Part shown: positions 9,887-19,563 of the stretch, one piece after another | How the letters are laid out: every line of letters starts with the position of its first letter | Position numbering within the stretch: the first letter of the stretch is position 1 | Origin: Candidatus Omnitrophota bacterium | GTDB taxonomy: Bacteria > Omnitrophota > Gorgyraeia > Gygaellales > Profunditerraquicolaceae | Length of the DNA stretch: 64,000 nucleotides | Direction of reading: 5' to 3' | NCBI GenBank assembly: GCA_028715785.1 | Contig: JAQURC010000006.1 | Span: forward strand, 21,630-85,629 | Notes under the pieces: generated by a model | What the model was told of the DNA's origin: nothing | Database searches by the model: none | What the model saw: the letters and a program-made list of their open reading frames with translations, nothing else | Program-made: the position numbers and the translations under genes

Positions 9887-10735
9887 ATGATGAACTCATT
9901 TTATTATAAGGGTAAAAAGATCGTGGTAAATACGCTGATCCATCTTTTCCTGATTAGCGTGGCAATAACCTGTCTTTATCCGCTGCTTTGGATGATCGTT
10001 TCAAGCCTTAAAACCCAGGATATGATCTTTAAGGATATTTCTTTGATCCCGCATCAGTTCCGCCTGGAGAATTATGTCCTGGCCTGGAAAGAAGGGGGAT
10101 TCGGCGGAAACTTTTTTAACAGTATTATTTATACCGTTTCGGTAGTCTTCGGGATAGTGATTATTTCTTCCATGGCCGCCTATGCTTTCAGCCGCTTACG
10201 TTTTGCGGGAAGTAAATTTTTGTTCATCATGTTTATGGCGGCAATGATGATCCCCATCCCGGGAAGTTTTGTCGCCCTCTATGTTTTATTAAATAAACTG
10301 CATTTAAGGAATACTCCCATCGGTTATATTCTGTGCATGATTAACGTGGGGCTCTCCACCAGCATATTTTTGCTGAAAACTTTTTTTGATAAGATGCCCA
10401 AGGAGCTGGAAGATGCCGCGCGCATCGACGGCTGCTCGAAAATCGGGATTTGGTGGCATGTTGCCCTGCCGCTGGCCAAGCCGGTGCTGGCGGTGGTGAT
10501 TGTTTTTAACGCTTTAGCCGTATGGAACGAATATATCCTGGCGCTGATTATTTTTGATAACCGCAAGTTCATGCCGCTTCAGGTGGCCTTGCAGTCTTTT
10601 CAGGGCGAGTTCGTCACCAATTATCCGCTGTTAATGGCCGGATTGACGATTACGGCCCTGCCGATTATTTTAGTATATCTTTTTATGCAGAAGTATATTA
10701 TCAAGGGCGTTACCCAGGGAGCGGTAGTAGGATGA
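9887..10735 (+). CDS. Sugar ABC transporter permease (MalG/UgpE-like).
   Basis: EAA motif LEDAARIDGCSKIGIWWHVALPL; six TM segments. Confidence 0.75.
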   Translation: MMNSFYYKGKKIVVNTLIHLFLISVAITCLYPLLWMIVSSLKTQDMIFKDISLIPHQFRLENYVLAWKEGGFGGNFFNSIIYTVSVVFGIVIISSMAAYAFSRLRFAGSKFLFIMFMAAMMIPIPGSFVALYVLLNKLHLRNTPIGYILCMINVGLSTSIFLLKTFFDKMPKELEDAARIDGCSKIGIWWHVALPLAKPVLAVVIVFNALAVWNEYILALIIFDNRKFMPLQVALQSFQGEFVTNYPLLMAGLTITALPIILVYLFMQKYIIKGVTQGAVVG

Positions 10736-10758
10736 GTTGTATAAATTTAAAATTTAAT

Positions 10759-10834
10759 GTGTCATTGCGAGCCCGCAGGGCGAAGCAATCTGGGCTTGGA
10801 TTGCTTCGTCGCCTTCGGCTCCTCGCAATGACAC
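10759..10834. repeat. MITE/REP-like palindromic element, family M (terminal inverted repeats GTGTCATTGCGAG ... CTCGCAATGACAC; internal CGAAGCAATC / GATTGCTTCG), copy 1.
   Basis: 76-nt element with terminal and internal inverted repeats. Homologous copies at 15552, 24941 and 57939. Confidence 0.8.
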
Positions 10835-13119
10835 TGCCAGTGTTTTTCATTTGCCAATGTACTGACGTGCTGGCTTCCCAGCCTGTTCCTCCCGCTGCTA
10901 CCGCCAGGCCTTCCTCAAGCGAGTTGACCACTAAGGCCTGGATTGCCCACGGCAAAAGGGATATCGAGGCGACGAATAAATACACTCAGGAATGTATCGA
11001 TCTATACAGTTTCCAAGCGGATAAAGAGCAGGCAGCTTTAGCCGCATTGCCTAAGAATAAAAAAGAGATCGAGGCGGTGCAGGTATTAAACGATGTGGCT
11101 ACCTGTTATTTTATTCAGGCTGAGGGCCTGATGCGCCAGCAAAAAATCGATGAGGCCAAGAAAATATTTAAATTGATCATCGATAAATATTCTTACGGAC
11201 AAGCCTGGGACCCGCGCGGCTGGTTCTGGTCGATAAAACTGGCTGCCGAACAAACGATCAAAAAAATCGAAACCGGCTCGATAGAAGTGGAGCAGAAGAA
11301 AAAAGTCAGCCAGCTTGCGACAAAATTGACTTTATTCGATCCGGGTAAAGAAGAAATTGTCGATTACGCAAAATACGGCGAGTTTCAAAACATCGGGACC
11401 AAAGATTATCAGTATGTTGTCGGCGACCAGAAGGGTTTAATCGAGGCAGCCGGAGAAGGCGTCTACCCCAATAACAGCGCAGTCAGGAAAGACCCGATTT
11501 TTAAGCAGGTGATTAAAGACAAGCGCCTGGAGGGGGATGTCTGGGATTTTCTTTATTCCCCGGATCTAGAGGCGGCATTTGTCAAATGGACAACCTCCAG
11601 CGAGCCGCAAGGGGTGAGATTATATGGCACCGGTTTGATTTTGGAGAAGGCCGGTTTAATCACCCAGGCGATCAAATGCTATTATTCGATTGTCGTGCAT
11701 TTCCCCGGCAGCTACGGCTGGACTTACTGGCATACGCCTTGGTATGTGGGCCAGGCCTCGATTGCCAAAATAAATTTTCTTCTCAGGCGCAACCCGCAGT
11801 TAGGTTATAAACTGGAAGGCGCGCAGATCGATATCATCAATGGTTTTGATAATGATATTTCCAATGATGTTGCGGTGGCTAATCCCGGCAAATTCGTGAA
11901 AGTTGATATGGGCCAGGAAGCGGCCAAGGCCAGGCCTACGGCTGAATCCGTGGGGATTAAAAAGAAGGTAGGACGCGGCAAGGTGCGTTTAGTGCAGTAT
12001 AATAATAATGACTGGCAGCTTCTGGTCGAGGACAAGCCTTATATTATTAAAGCGGTTACTTACGCTCCCACTAAGGTTGGCCAGTCTCCGGATGACGGAA
12101 CGCTTAAGAACTGGATGGAGGAGGATTTGAATAAAAACGGCAAAATCGACGGCCCCTATGATGCCTTCGTGGATAAGAACAGGAACAACATCCAGGATGC
12201 CGATGAGCCGTCGGTCGGTGATTTTAAATTGATGCAGGATATGGGTATTAATACCATACGCCTCTACCATCATCCTTTAAAGGTAAACAAAGAATTAATG
12301 CGCGATATGTATAATGCTTATGGGATAGGCGTAATTATGGGGGATTTTTTAGGTAAATATGCCATCGGCTCCGGGGCTGCCTGGAATCCCGGGACCGACT
12401 ATAACAATGAAGCGCAAAAGAAGAAAATGATCGAGTCGGTCAAAGGGATGGTCAATGAATTTAAAGACGAGCCCTACATTTTATTCTGGCTCCTGGGCAA
12501 TGAGAATGTTTACGGTTATGCCTGCAACGCCAATGAATACCCGGAAGCTTATTTTAAATTCGCCAACGAGGTGGCCAGGATAATTAAGTCTATCGACCCA
12601 AATCATCCGGTAGCCATATGCAGCGGCGATATTTTATTTCTGGATAAATTCGGCAAGAGCGCCCCGGATATAGATATCTTCGGTACCAATGCCTACCGCG
12701 GGGATTATGGTTTCGGCGCTTTTTGGAGGCAGGTCAAGGAACAGGCAGGCAAGCCGGCTTTTATCACCGAGTTTGGCTGTCCGGCATACGCTGAAGGGAA
12801 AAGTGTCGATGAAGCCGAGGAGCTGCAGGCGCAATATCATTTGGGTTCCTGGGAGGACATTCAGGATAATATGGCGTTTGGCGGCACAGCAGGTAACGCA
12901 ATAGGCGCAGTGATCTTTGAATGGCTGGATGAATGGTGGAAGGCTTATGAGCCGGGGATCCATGACACCAAGGGTTTGTGGACCGGGCCGTTTCCCGACG
13001 GATATATGCATGAGGAGTGGCTGGGTGTCAGCGGCCAGGGGGATGGAAAACTAAGCCCGTTTTTGCGGCAACTGCGCAAAGCGTATTATATGTATCAGAA
13101 AAAGTGGAAACAGAATTAA
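10828..13119 (+). CDS. Secreted clan GH-A (TIM-barrel) glycoside hydrolase with a large N-terminal extension. Probable start is ATG 10828 (MTLPVFFICQ..., signal-like); the track's 10732 start reads through the repeat element.
   Basis: C-terminal half carries clan-A catalytic signatures LLGNENVYG (acid/base NE) and FITEFGCPAY (nucleophile E), plus EWLDEWWK, all shared with the 14263 gene. EF-hand/dockerin-like loop DLNKNGKIDGPYD. GH family (GH5/GH2-like) not assignable by eye. Confidence 0.6.
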   Translation: MTLPVFFICQCTDVLASQPVPPAATARPSSSELTTKAWIAHGKRDIEATNKYTQECIDLYSFQADKEQAALAALPKNKKEIEAVQVLNDVATCYFIQAEGLMRQQKIDEAKKIFKLIIDKYSYGQAWDPRGWFWSIKLAAEQTIKKIETGSIEVEQKKKVSQLATKLTLFDPGKEEIVDYAKYGEFQNIGTKDYQYVVGDQKGLIEAAGEGVYPNNSAVRKDPIFKQVIKDKRLEGDVWDFLYSPDLEAAFVKWTTSSEPQGVRLYGTGLILEKAGLITQAIKCYYSIVVHFPGSYGWTYWHTPWYVGQASIAKINFLLRRNPQLGYKLEGAQIDIINGFDNDISNDVAVANPGKFVKVDMGQEAAKARPTAESVGIKKKVGRGKVRLVQYNNNDWQLLVEDKPYIIKAVTYAPTKVGQSPDDGTLKNWMEEDLNKNGKIDGPYDAFVDKNRNNIQDADEPSVGDFKLMQDMGINTIRLYHHPLKVNKELMRDMYNAYGIGVIMGDFLGKYAIGSGAAWNPGTDYNNEAQKKKMIESVKGMVNEFKDEPYILFWLLGNENVYGYACNANEYPEAYFKFANEVARIIKSIDPNHPVAICSGDILFLDKFGKSAPDIDIFGTNAYRGDYGFGAFWRQVKEQAGKPAFITEFGCPAYAEGKSVDEAEELQAQYHLGSWEDIQDNMAFGGTAGNAIGAVIFEWLDEWWKAYEPGIHDTKGLWTGPFPDGYMHEEWLGVSGQGDGKLSPFLRQLRKAYYMYQKKWKQN

Positions 13120-13133
13120 AACGGAGGTGTAAG

Positions 13134-14282
13134 ATGAGAAAGTTGTCAGCAGTATTACTGGCTTTAAGTCTTTTGGTCCCGGCAATGGCCGCTTCCGAAG
13201 AAAAAGCCGCAGGCCCCAAGGAGTTTGTGGTCTACTTGGATAAAAACGCCAAGGAGAATCATTATATTCCTAGCGGCTGGATGGGTGATTACGGCGATAT
13301 CAAAATGAATGACCAGTCAGCGGATAATCCGCATGGCGGGACAACCAGCATTCAATTCATTTATAGCGCCAAGAAATCACAGAATCAGGGTTGGGCCGGA
13401 GTTTACTGGCAGAATCCTTCGAACAACTGGGGAAACAAAAAAGGCGGTTTTGACTTGACCGGCATGACCAAACTTACTTTTTGGGCCCGCGGGGCAAAAG
13501 GCGGTGAAGTGATCCAGAAGGTGATGGTCGGCGGGATCAAGGGGACATATCCTGATACCGCGATGGTGGAGATGGGGCCCATTGAATTGACCAATGCCTG
13601 GAAACAGTATACGGTTAATTTAGTAGGTAAGGATCTTTCTTATGTTAACGGCGCTTTTGGCTGGACTTCAACCGCCGATTTAAATCCGGAGGGAGCCGCG
13701 TTTTATATCGATGATATAAAATTTGAGGCGGATGCGGCTTTGAAACCCGAGGGTAAAAAACAACAGGCAATGCCGTTCTATATTTATGCCGACCGCTCAA
13801 CCGCAGCCAACCATTTTATACCTAGCGGCTGGATGGGCGATTACGGCGATATAAAATATGACGGGGCTTCCAAAGAAGACCCGTATTTAGGCGATACTTG
13901 CGTTAAAATAATCTACAACGGAAAAGCCGCCCAAGGCGCGCGCTGGGCGGGGATTTTCTGGCAGAATCCGGCTAATAACTGGGGCAGCGTTGATGCGGGT
14001 TTTGATCTTTCCAAAGCCGCCAAGCTTACTTTTTGGGCCCGCGGGGCAAAAGGCGGAGAACGCATCGAAGAGTTCAAGGTCGGCGGGATTATGGGGGAGT
14101 TTTCGGATTCAGACAGCGCGACCATCGGCCCGGTCCTCTTGAATAAAGAGTGGACCCAATATACTATTGATTTAAAAGGCAAAGATTTGTCGTATGTTAT
14201 CGGCGGTTTTTGCTGGTCGGCAAATGTGGACAACAACCCGGAAGGCGCTACATTCTATCTGGATGAGATCAAGTTTGAATAA
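13134..14282 (+). CDS. Secreted protein made of two tandem ~170-aa repeats, putatively a carbohydrate-binding module protein.
   Basis: Signal peptide MRKLSAVLLALSLLVPAMAAS, RBS GGAGG before ATG 13134. Internal duplication (HYIPSGWMGDYGDIK...FWARGAKGGE...YVNGAFGW... and HFIPSGWMGDYGDIK...FWARGAKGGE...YVIGGFCW...). Aromatic-rich beta-sandwich-like composition. Confidence 0.6.
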   Translation: MRKLSAVLLALSLLVPAMAASEEKAAGPKEFVVYLDKNAKENHYIPSGWMGDYGDIKMNDQSADNPHGGTTSIQFIYSAKKSQNQGWAGVYWQNPSNNWGNKKGGFDLTGMTKLTFWARGAKGGEVIQKVMVGGIKGTYPDTAMVEMGPIELTNAWKQYTVNLVGKDLSYVNGAFGWTSTADLNPEGAAFYIDDIKFEADAALKPEGKKQQAMPFYIYADRSTAANHFIPSGWMGDYGDIKYDGASKEDPYLGDTCVKIIYNGKAAQGARWAGIFWQNPANNWGSVDAGFDLSKAAKLTFWARGAKGGERIEEFKVGGIMGEFSDSDSATIGPVLLNKEWTQYTIDLKGKDLSYVIGGFCWSANVDNNPEGATFYLDEIKFE

Positions 14283-15540
14283 TAAAAATAGTAATTACAA
14301 AGCTACAGGTTACAGGCATTTCTTGCTTGCAGCCTGTAGCTTTTTGTTTGTATTTATTTTGTCCGCCTGCCAGCCCAAGCAAGGCGCCTATATCCAAAAG
14401 TTAAAAAATCAACACTACGTTCTTATCGTAAACGCCCGGCCGTATATCGTCAAAGGAGTTTGTTATAACCCCATCCCGATAGGTTCAAATCAGGAGTATG
14501 ACTGGTGGGGTGATCCGAATAAGCCCTGGATTACCGACGGCAAACTGATGAAGGATATGGGGGTCAATACTATCCGTCTTTATCAAGCGCATGAGCATCC
14601 CGAAGAAGTAAGGCAGGTAATCCGGGATTTATATAATTTATACGGCATCCGGACACTCCTGGGCGACTGGCTGGGGTTCTGGGAATACCCCTGTCCTTTT
14701 TACGGCGACCAGAAATTCCAGGATAAAGTAAAGGCTCAGGTGTTGGAGATGGTCAAGCTTTATAAAGATGAGCCCGGGATCCTCGGATGGATTTTAGGAA
14801 ATGAGAATAATTATTCCTGCCTGGGGCATGTCAATCCCTGGTCAAGCCCCGAGGTTGACCAGGAAACAAACCCCCAGAAACAAAAAGCGCTGCGCGCAAA
14901 AATTTATTATTCTTTTGTAAATGATATCTCCAAGGAAATACATAAAATCGACTCCAGGCATCCGGTAGGGTTAGGCAACGGGGAGTTGGTGGGGTTGGAT
15001 TCTGCCGACAAATTTTGCCGGGATGTTGATTTTGTGGCCTGTATAATTTACCGCGGCAAGACCTTCGGCAATCTTTTTAGATCCCTCAAGATGACATTCG
15101 ATAAGCCGGTATTATTGTCCGAATTCGGCGCGGATTGCCACGATGCCTACTTAAAAAAAGAAGACCAGAATATGCAGGCGTTCTTCCTGCAATCCCAGTG
15201 GCAGCAGATCTACGAAAACTTAGCCAATAATAAAACAGGGGCGGGCAATTGCATAGGCGGGACGGTTTTTGAATGGACGGATGAATGGTGGAAGCACAGT
15301 TCGGATAATCCGGAAAGCTGGAAGGTCCATGACACCGAAGGCGGCTGGTCCAACGGCAGTTATTATTTTGACATAAAAGTCCCGGGCGGCATGAATATGA
15401 ACGAAGAATGGTTCGGTATATGCGCTTTATCGGAAAACCTTGAAAATGGTCTAAATAAACGTATCCCGCGCAAGGCCTATTATGTTATCAGGGAATTCTG
15501 GAAGCATCCGGTAATTAAAAAAGCGCATAAGAAAAAATAA
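14263..15540 (+). CDS. Clan GH-A glycoside hydrolase lipoprotein, paralogous to the catalytic half of the 10828 gene. Start is uncertain: ATG 14263 overlaps the upstream gene by 20 nt.
   Basis: Lipobox-like FILSAC|QP. Shared motifs WILGNENNYS, LLSEFGADCHD, FEWTDEWWK. Confidence 0.6.
   Translation: MRSSLNNKNSNYKATGYRHFLLAACSFLFVFILSACQPKQGAYIQKLKNQHYVLIVNARPYIVKGVCYNPIPIGSNQEYDWWGDPNKPWITDGKLMKDMGVNTIRLYQAHEHPEEVRQVIRDLYNLYGIRTLLGDWLGFWEYPCPFYGDQKFQDKVKAQVLEMVKLYKDEPGILGWILGNENNYSCLGHVNPWSSPEVDQETNPQKQKALRAKIYYSFVNDISKEIHKIDSRHPVGLGNGELVGLDSADKFCRDVDFVACIIYRGKTFGNLFRSLKMTFDKPVLLSEFGADCHDAYLKKEDQNMQAFFLQSQWQQIYENLANNKTGAGNCIGGTVFEWTDEWWKHSSDNPESWKVHDTEGGWSNGSYYFDIKVPGGMNMNEEWFGICALSENLENGLNKRIPRKAYYVIREFWKHPVIKKAHKKK
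14299..14346 (+). terminator. Candidate intrinsic terminator or intercistronic hairpin (AAAGCTACAGG ... CCTGTAGCTTTTTG).
   Basis: 9-10 bp stem with a 23-nt loop followed by a T-run, just downstream of the 14282 stop. It lies inside the 5' end of the next predicted ORF. Confidence 0.35.
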
Positions 15541-15551
15541 TATAGTTAGGC

Positions 15552-15698
15552 GTGTCATTGCCGGGAGCGCAGCGGTTGCGAGGCGAAGCCGAAGCAAACC
15601 AGCAGCCCCTCGCAACTGGATTCCTTCGCTTCGCTCGGAACAGGCTGCGCAATCCAAAGCGAGATTGCTTCGGGCACTTCGTGCCCTCGCAATGACAC
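15552..15698. repeat. MITE/REP-like family M, copy 2 (long 147-nt variant with extra internal inverted repeats).
   Basis: Starts GTGTCATTGCCGGGAGCGCAGCG, ends CCTCGCAATGACAC; internal GCGAAGCCGAAGCAA / TTGCTTCGGGCACTTCG. Fills the intergenic space upstream of the 15714 gene. Confidence 0.8.
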
Positions 15699-15713
15699 TA
15701 AAGGGGAGGCAAT

Positions 15714-17267
15714 ATGTCAGTATTTTTGAGATGCACTCTGATAATTTTTTTAAGCATATTTTCATGGGCACCTTCGGTTTATTGCGCTCAAACATCCGGT
15801 TGTTCCGGCATCGAAGAATCCAAATCGAAATATCTGGCGGCCAACCGGTATAATGAATTTGTCGAGTTTCTTGATAATTTTAAGGATAAGGATAAAGTTG
15901 ATCCGCTTTGCTTGAATTATTATAAGGCGCAAACCCGTTACCTGCAGCTCGAATACCTGGAAGAAAAACAATCCTGGGATGATTATTTTGCCAACGGCAA
16001 CAATTATCGCCAGCAATTAGAGCAGAATGCCCAAAAGGTTGTTGACCAGGCCGATGCCGCCAATCCCTTAAGGCCGAAAGCAAGGCTTTTGCTTTGGCAA
16101 TTCCATTATGGCCAGCAGGATGCTTTTGTCCAGGCCTCATTAGACGATCTGGTTAGCGACCTTGGCGCTTACGCTAAAATTAAAAGCGACCCGGAACTGA
16201 TCAAAAATGTTGCCGATGCTCTCTTGGCCGTCGAAGAAAAAACAAAGGCCCGCCAAATTTATAAGCTTTATGTAGATCAGCTTGTCGCAGGAACGATGAC
16301 CGATGCAAAGCTCAAAAGCCAGGCCGCCGGATTTTACAAGGAAGGCAACCTGGAATTAGCGCAGGCTGTTTATAATATTTATATAGAAAGGATTTCAAAA
16401 ACCCCGGCTCCGGAGAAACTCATCCAGGAGTTGTTTGAAATTGCCAGCCTTTTTGTTTATAAGCAGACAGGCTTCTATGATATGGCTTACGCGGAGGATA
16501 TTTACGCCAAGATAGAAAAATTGGGCGGTAAGGATGCTTTTAATCAGGCAGCAATCTACTTGCGCGCCTTTAACTTAGAGAAACTCAAGGATTATAAAGG
16601 AGCGCAGAAGCTTTATTTGCAATTAATCCAGCTTTATCCGGATACCAAGTATTTTGATGAGGCCGTTTATAAAATTGCCATGATCGAGGCGTATGCTTTG
16701 GCAAATATTAATGAAGCAAGAAAATATTTTGAAATACTTGCGGCTAAGACCGTATTCAGCCCGCAGGTTATTTCCAGCCTCTATCAGTTAGGGCTATTGG
16801 CGCAATGGGAAGGCAACTTAGTTAAAGCCCAGGAATATTATGGCCTGTTGTTAAAAAATTCCGCGGATAACCATGTTTCCACCGCGGCCCTTGTTAAGGA
16901 CAGGCTCAAGGAGATAGAAGAGAATAAGCAGCTCGATTACAATTTAAAGACTTTCCTCGACCTGTCTTTAAAAAATGAGAATACACTGGTTGAGCCGGGC
17001 AAGGCAGAATTAAGATCTTCCGGATACCTGCTCGATAAAAATCAGAAAGCCGTAATTTCCTCTTTAGTCGCTATGCCGCAGAGCGGCTGTAATCAAGTTG
17101 ACCTGCAGTATCTCTGGAGCGGCGACTTGGGCGGGGAAAACCCTGCGGTAACCGATGGAAGCTTTCAATGCGCCTATTCCGATGCCGGGACAAAAACGAT
17201 AAATATAGTGATAATTTCGCCCGCAGGAGCCATCGACCGCTTCTTTATAATGGTGGATGTCTATTAA
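15714..17267 (+). CDS. Secreted TPR-like repeat protein (517 aa).
   Basis: Signal peptide MSVFLRCTLIIFLSIFSWAPSVYCAQ; helical repeat composition (YYKAQ..., LYLQLIQLYPD...). C-terminal ~80 aa resembles a small beta domain. Confidence 0.5.
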   Translation: MSVFLRCTLIIFLSIFSWAPSVYCAQTSGCSGIEESKSKYLAANRYNEFVEFLDNFKDKDKVDPLCLNYYKAQTRYLQLEYLEEKQSWDDYFANGNNYRQQLEQNAQKVVDQADAANPLRPKARLLLWQFHYGQQDAFVQASLDDLVSDLGAYAKIKSDPELIKNVADALLAVEEKTKARQIYKLYVDQLVAGTMTDAKLKSQAAGFYKEGNLELAQAVYNIYIERISKTPAPEKLIQELFEIASLFVYKQTGFYDMAYAEDIYAKIEKLGGKDAFNQAAIYLRAFNLEKLKDYKGAQKLYLQLIQLYPDTKYFDEAVYKIAMIEAYALANINEARKYFEILAAKTVFSPQVISSLYQLGLLAQWEGNLVKAQEYYGLLLKNSADNHVSTAALVKDRLKEIEENKQLDYNLKTFLDLSLKNENTLVEPGKAELRSSGYLLDKNQKAVISSLVAMPQSGCNQVDLQYLWSGDLGGENPAVTDGSFQCAYSDAGTKTINIVIISPAGAIDRFFIMVDVY

Positions 17268-17288
17268 ATCCAGCCTCGCCGAAAACTA

Positions 17289-17348
17289 GGGGACGTTTCT
17301 ATTTTTTCATAGCCTCGGCTTCAAAAAAATAGAAACGTTCCCTTTTTC
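17289..17348 (+). terminator. Rho-independent terminator, long-hairpin family T2 (GGGGACGTTTCTATTTTTT ... AAAAAAATAGAAACGTTCCC + TTTTTC).
   Basis: ~19-bp stem with a 15-nt loop and a U-tract, 22 nt after the 17267 stop. A related copy lies at 54114. Confidence 0.6.
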
Positions 17349-17436
17349 TTGAAACTACTTGACTTGAGGCTTCTTTAGTAGTAAAGTAAAAATAAATATT
17401 TCCATTTATTTTTATAAAGCGAGGCAATTCCCTCCC

Positions 17437-18669
17437 ATGCATCTATTAGATCTACAAAAAGAAGATTTTAGCGAAAAAGAAAAACGCAATATCGAGATAC
17501 TGGGCATACTTAGGAAGCAGGGGCCGATAAGCCGCCCGGATATTTCCCAGGAGATGGGGATAAATATAGTGAGCGTTTCCAACTATATCGACGATTTCAT
17601 CAAGAGTAACCTGGTTTATGAAAAGGAGCTTGATGTGTCCGAAGGGGGCCGCAGGCCGGTGTTGCTGGATTTAAACCCGCGGGCCGGATACGCCATCGGG
17701 GTGGGGTTAAACCTGATGAACATGGTCGGGCTTCTTGTGGATTTAAAGGGCAACATTATTACCAAAACTCAAATTGTCCGGCCGCAGGCTTCGGTTAAGG
17801 AAGTCTCTGAGTGCCTTTTAGAAATTGTGCGCGAAATCTTAAGGCGCTCCAAAGGATATGTTGAAAATATAAAAGGTATCGGCGTGGGCGTTGCCGGATT
17901 GATCAATAAAAAAGACGGCTCTATCCGCTGGCCGCAGAAAATGGACCATTATTATACTTATGCCTCGGTAGACCTTCCTTTAAAGGGGTTGATCGAGAAA
18001 GAATTCAACCTGCCGACACTGATCGAGAATGACGCCAGCAGCGCCTGCTTTGGCGAACATTGGCTGGATTTAGGAGGGGCCTATAAAGATGTCATTTATA
18101 TGTTCTCCGGGGTCGGCTGCGGGATCATGATCAACGGGGAGCTTTATCGCGGCTGGCAGGGATATGCCGGCGAGGTTTCCGTTTATAATTATAAGGAGCA
18201 GGACCTTTTTAACTGCCCAACCGGATCCCCCTGTTTTGTCAAACGCTGGGATATGGATTTGGGGATTGTCGATGAGATAAAAGCAATTTTGCTTAAAGAT
18301 AAAGAAAAAGCAGCGGAGTTTTTGCGGGCCAGCTCAACCAGCATAGAGAGCATAGATTTAAAAAGCATATTCAGCGCCTCCCGCTTAAAGAATGAAGTGG
18401 CCTTGACGGTACTAGAGCGGGCGGCCAAAAGATTAGGGATAAAAATCGCTTACCTGGTTAACCTGCTTAACCCGCAGGTGGTAATCATCGGCGGAGGCTT
18501 CGAAGAGTCAGGAGAAGAGTTTTTAAATAAAGTCAGGAGCACGGTTATGGATTGGGCTTTCCGCGAAGTAACCAGTGATTTGAAAATCGTTTATTCTCAA
18601 TTAAGAGAGAATGCCGTGGCCATGGGTGCGGCAAGTTTGGTTTTAGAGAGAGTATTCGCTCAATTATAA
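17437..18669 (+). CDS. ROK-family transcriptional regulator (NagC/XylR-like).
   Basis: N-terminal wHTH (ILGILRKQGPISRPDISQEMGI), ROK sugar-kinase-like fold with glycine-rich segments GVGVAGLIN and MFSGVGCGIMINGELYRG. Confidence 0.7.
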   Translation: MHLLDLQKEDFSEKEKRNIEILGILRKQGPISRPDISQEMGINIVSVSNYIDDFIKSNLVYEKELDVSEGGRRPVLLDLNPRAGYAIGVGLNLMNMVGLLVDLKGNIITKTQIVRPQASVKEVSECLLEIVREILRRSKGYVENIKGIGVGVAGLINKKDGSIRWPQKMDHYYTYASVDLPLKGLIEKEFNLPTLIENDASSACFGEHWLDLGGAYKDVIYMFSGVGCGIMINGELYRGWQGYAGEVSVYNYKEQDLFNCPTGSPCFVKRWDMDLGIVDEIKAILLKDKEKAAEFLRASSTSIESIDLKSIFSASRLKNEVALTVLERAAKRLGIKIAYLVNLLNPQVVIIGGGFEESGEEFLNKVRSTVMDWAFREVTSDLKIVYSQLRENAVAMGAASLVLERVFAQL

Positions 18670-18687
18670 GCCATAACAGGGGGGATT

Positions 18688-19560
18688 ATGGAACAAAAAA
18701 CAAAATTTATTATTATTGGCTTGATAGTTTTTTCCGTAGTATGCCTTTTTTTCCTTTTTCAGGCGACTAACCAGCAGCAGACGCTGCTTAGGGAAAACAA
18801 TGATTTAAAGAGCGAGAATGCCACCCTGTTGAGTAAAGTTAACCGGCTTGAAAATGACTTAAGAGGAAACCAGAGTAAAATAGATTCTCTTAGAGGCGAG
18901 AGGGATAAGTGGGCCGAGGAGTTGAATGATTTACAGAAGAAATACGAATCAGTAGCCAGGGTCAGGGACGAACTGATTGAGAAGTTAAAGAAGCAAAGCC
19001 AGCGTCAGCAGGAGATGTTCGTTGCCCAAGACGCGCTGAAAACGCTTAAGGCTGAGAATGAAGAGTTTACCCGGCAATTAAAGAGTTTAAGCAGCCGTAA
19101 AATTATTTTGGATCAAAAAATCCAGAGCCTTCAGGAAACTAACTCCGCGCTGGAGAAGCGCTTGAATGAAATGAATACGATGCTTGTCAACAGGATGCCT
19201 CAGGCGGGTTCTCTTGGAAGCGAATCGGATATGATTAAGAGCGGCGTCCCCGCGGCGACTTTAGAGAAAAAAAGAGAGTCTGTGGAGCTGCCGGCAATAA
19301 TAGTGCGGTCATCGTTTTCTCCGGAAAAGCCAGTGGTGCCGGCATTTGGCGGCAAGATCTTAGCGGTAAATACGGATAATAACTTTGTAATTATAGATTT
19401 GGGGTCTGCATCAGGAGTGAAGGTTGGAGATATGTTTAATGTTTACCGCGCGCAAAAATCAATTGGTTCTATCGCGGTAATCCAGATAAGAGACAGTATT
19501 TCCGCCTGCGACATAAAGAGGACAAGTACGCCGTTAAAAATCGGCGATAATATCAAATAG
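18688..19560 (+). CDS. Membrane-anchored coiled-coil protein, hypothetical.
   Basis: One N-terminal TM (IIIGLIVFSVVCLFFLF), ~150 aa of heptad-rich coiled coil (LENDLRGNQSKIDSLRGERDKWAEELNDLQKK...), small C-terminal beta domain. Confidence 0.5.
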   Translation: MEQKTKFIIIGLIVFSVVCLFFLFQATNQQQTLLRENNDLKSENATLLSKVNRLENDLRGNQSKIDSLRGERDKWAEELNDLQKKYESVARVRDELIEKLKKQSQRQQEMFVAQDALKTLKAENEEFTRQLKSLSSRKIILDQKIQSLQETNSALEKRLNEMNTMLVNRMPQAGSLGSESDMIKSGVPAATLEKKRESVELPAIIVRSSFSPEKPVVPAFGGKILAVNTDNNFVIIDLGSASGVKVGDMFNVYRAQKSIGSIAVIQIRDSISACDIKRTSTPLKIGDNIK

Positions 19561-19563
19561 CCA

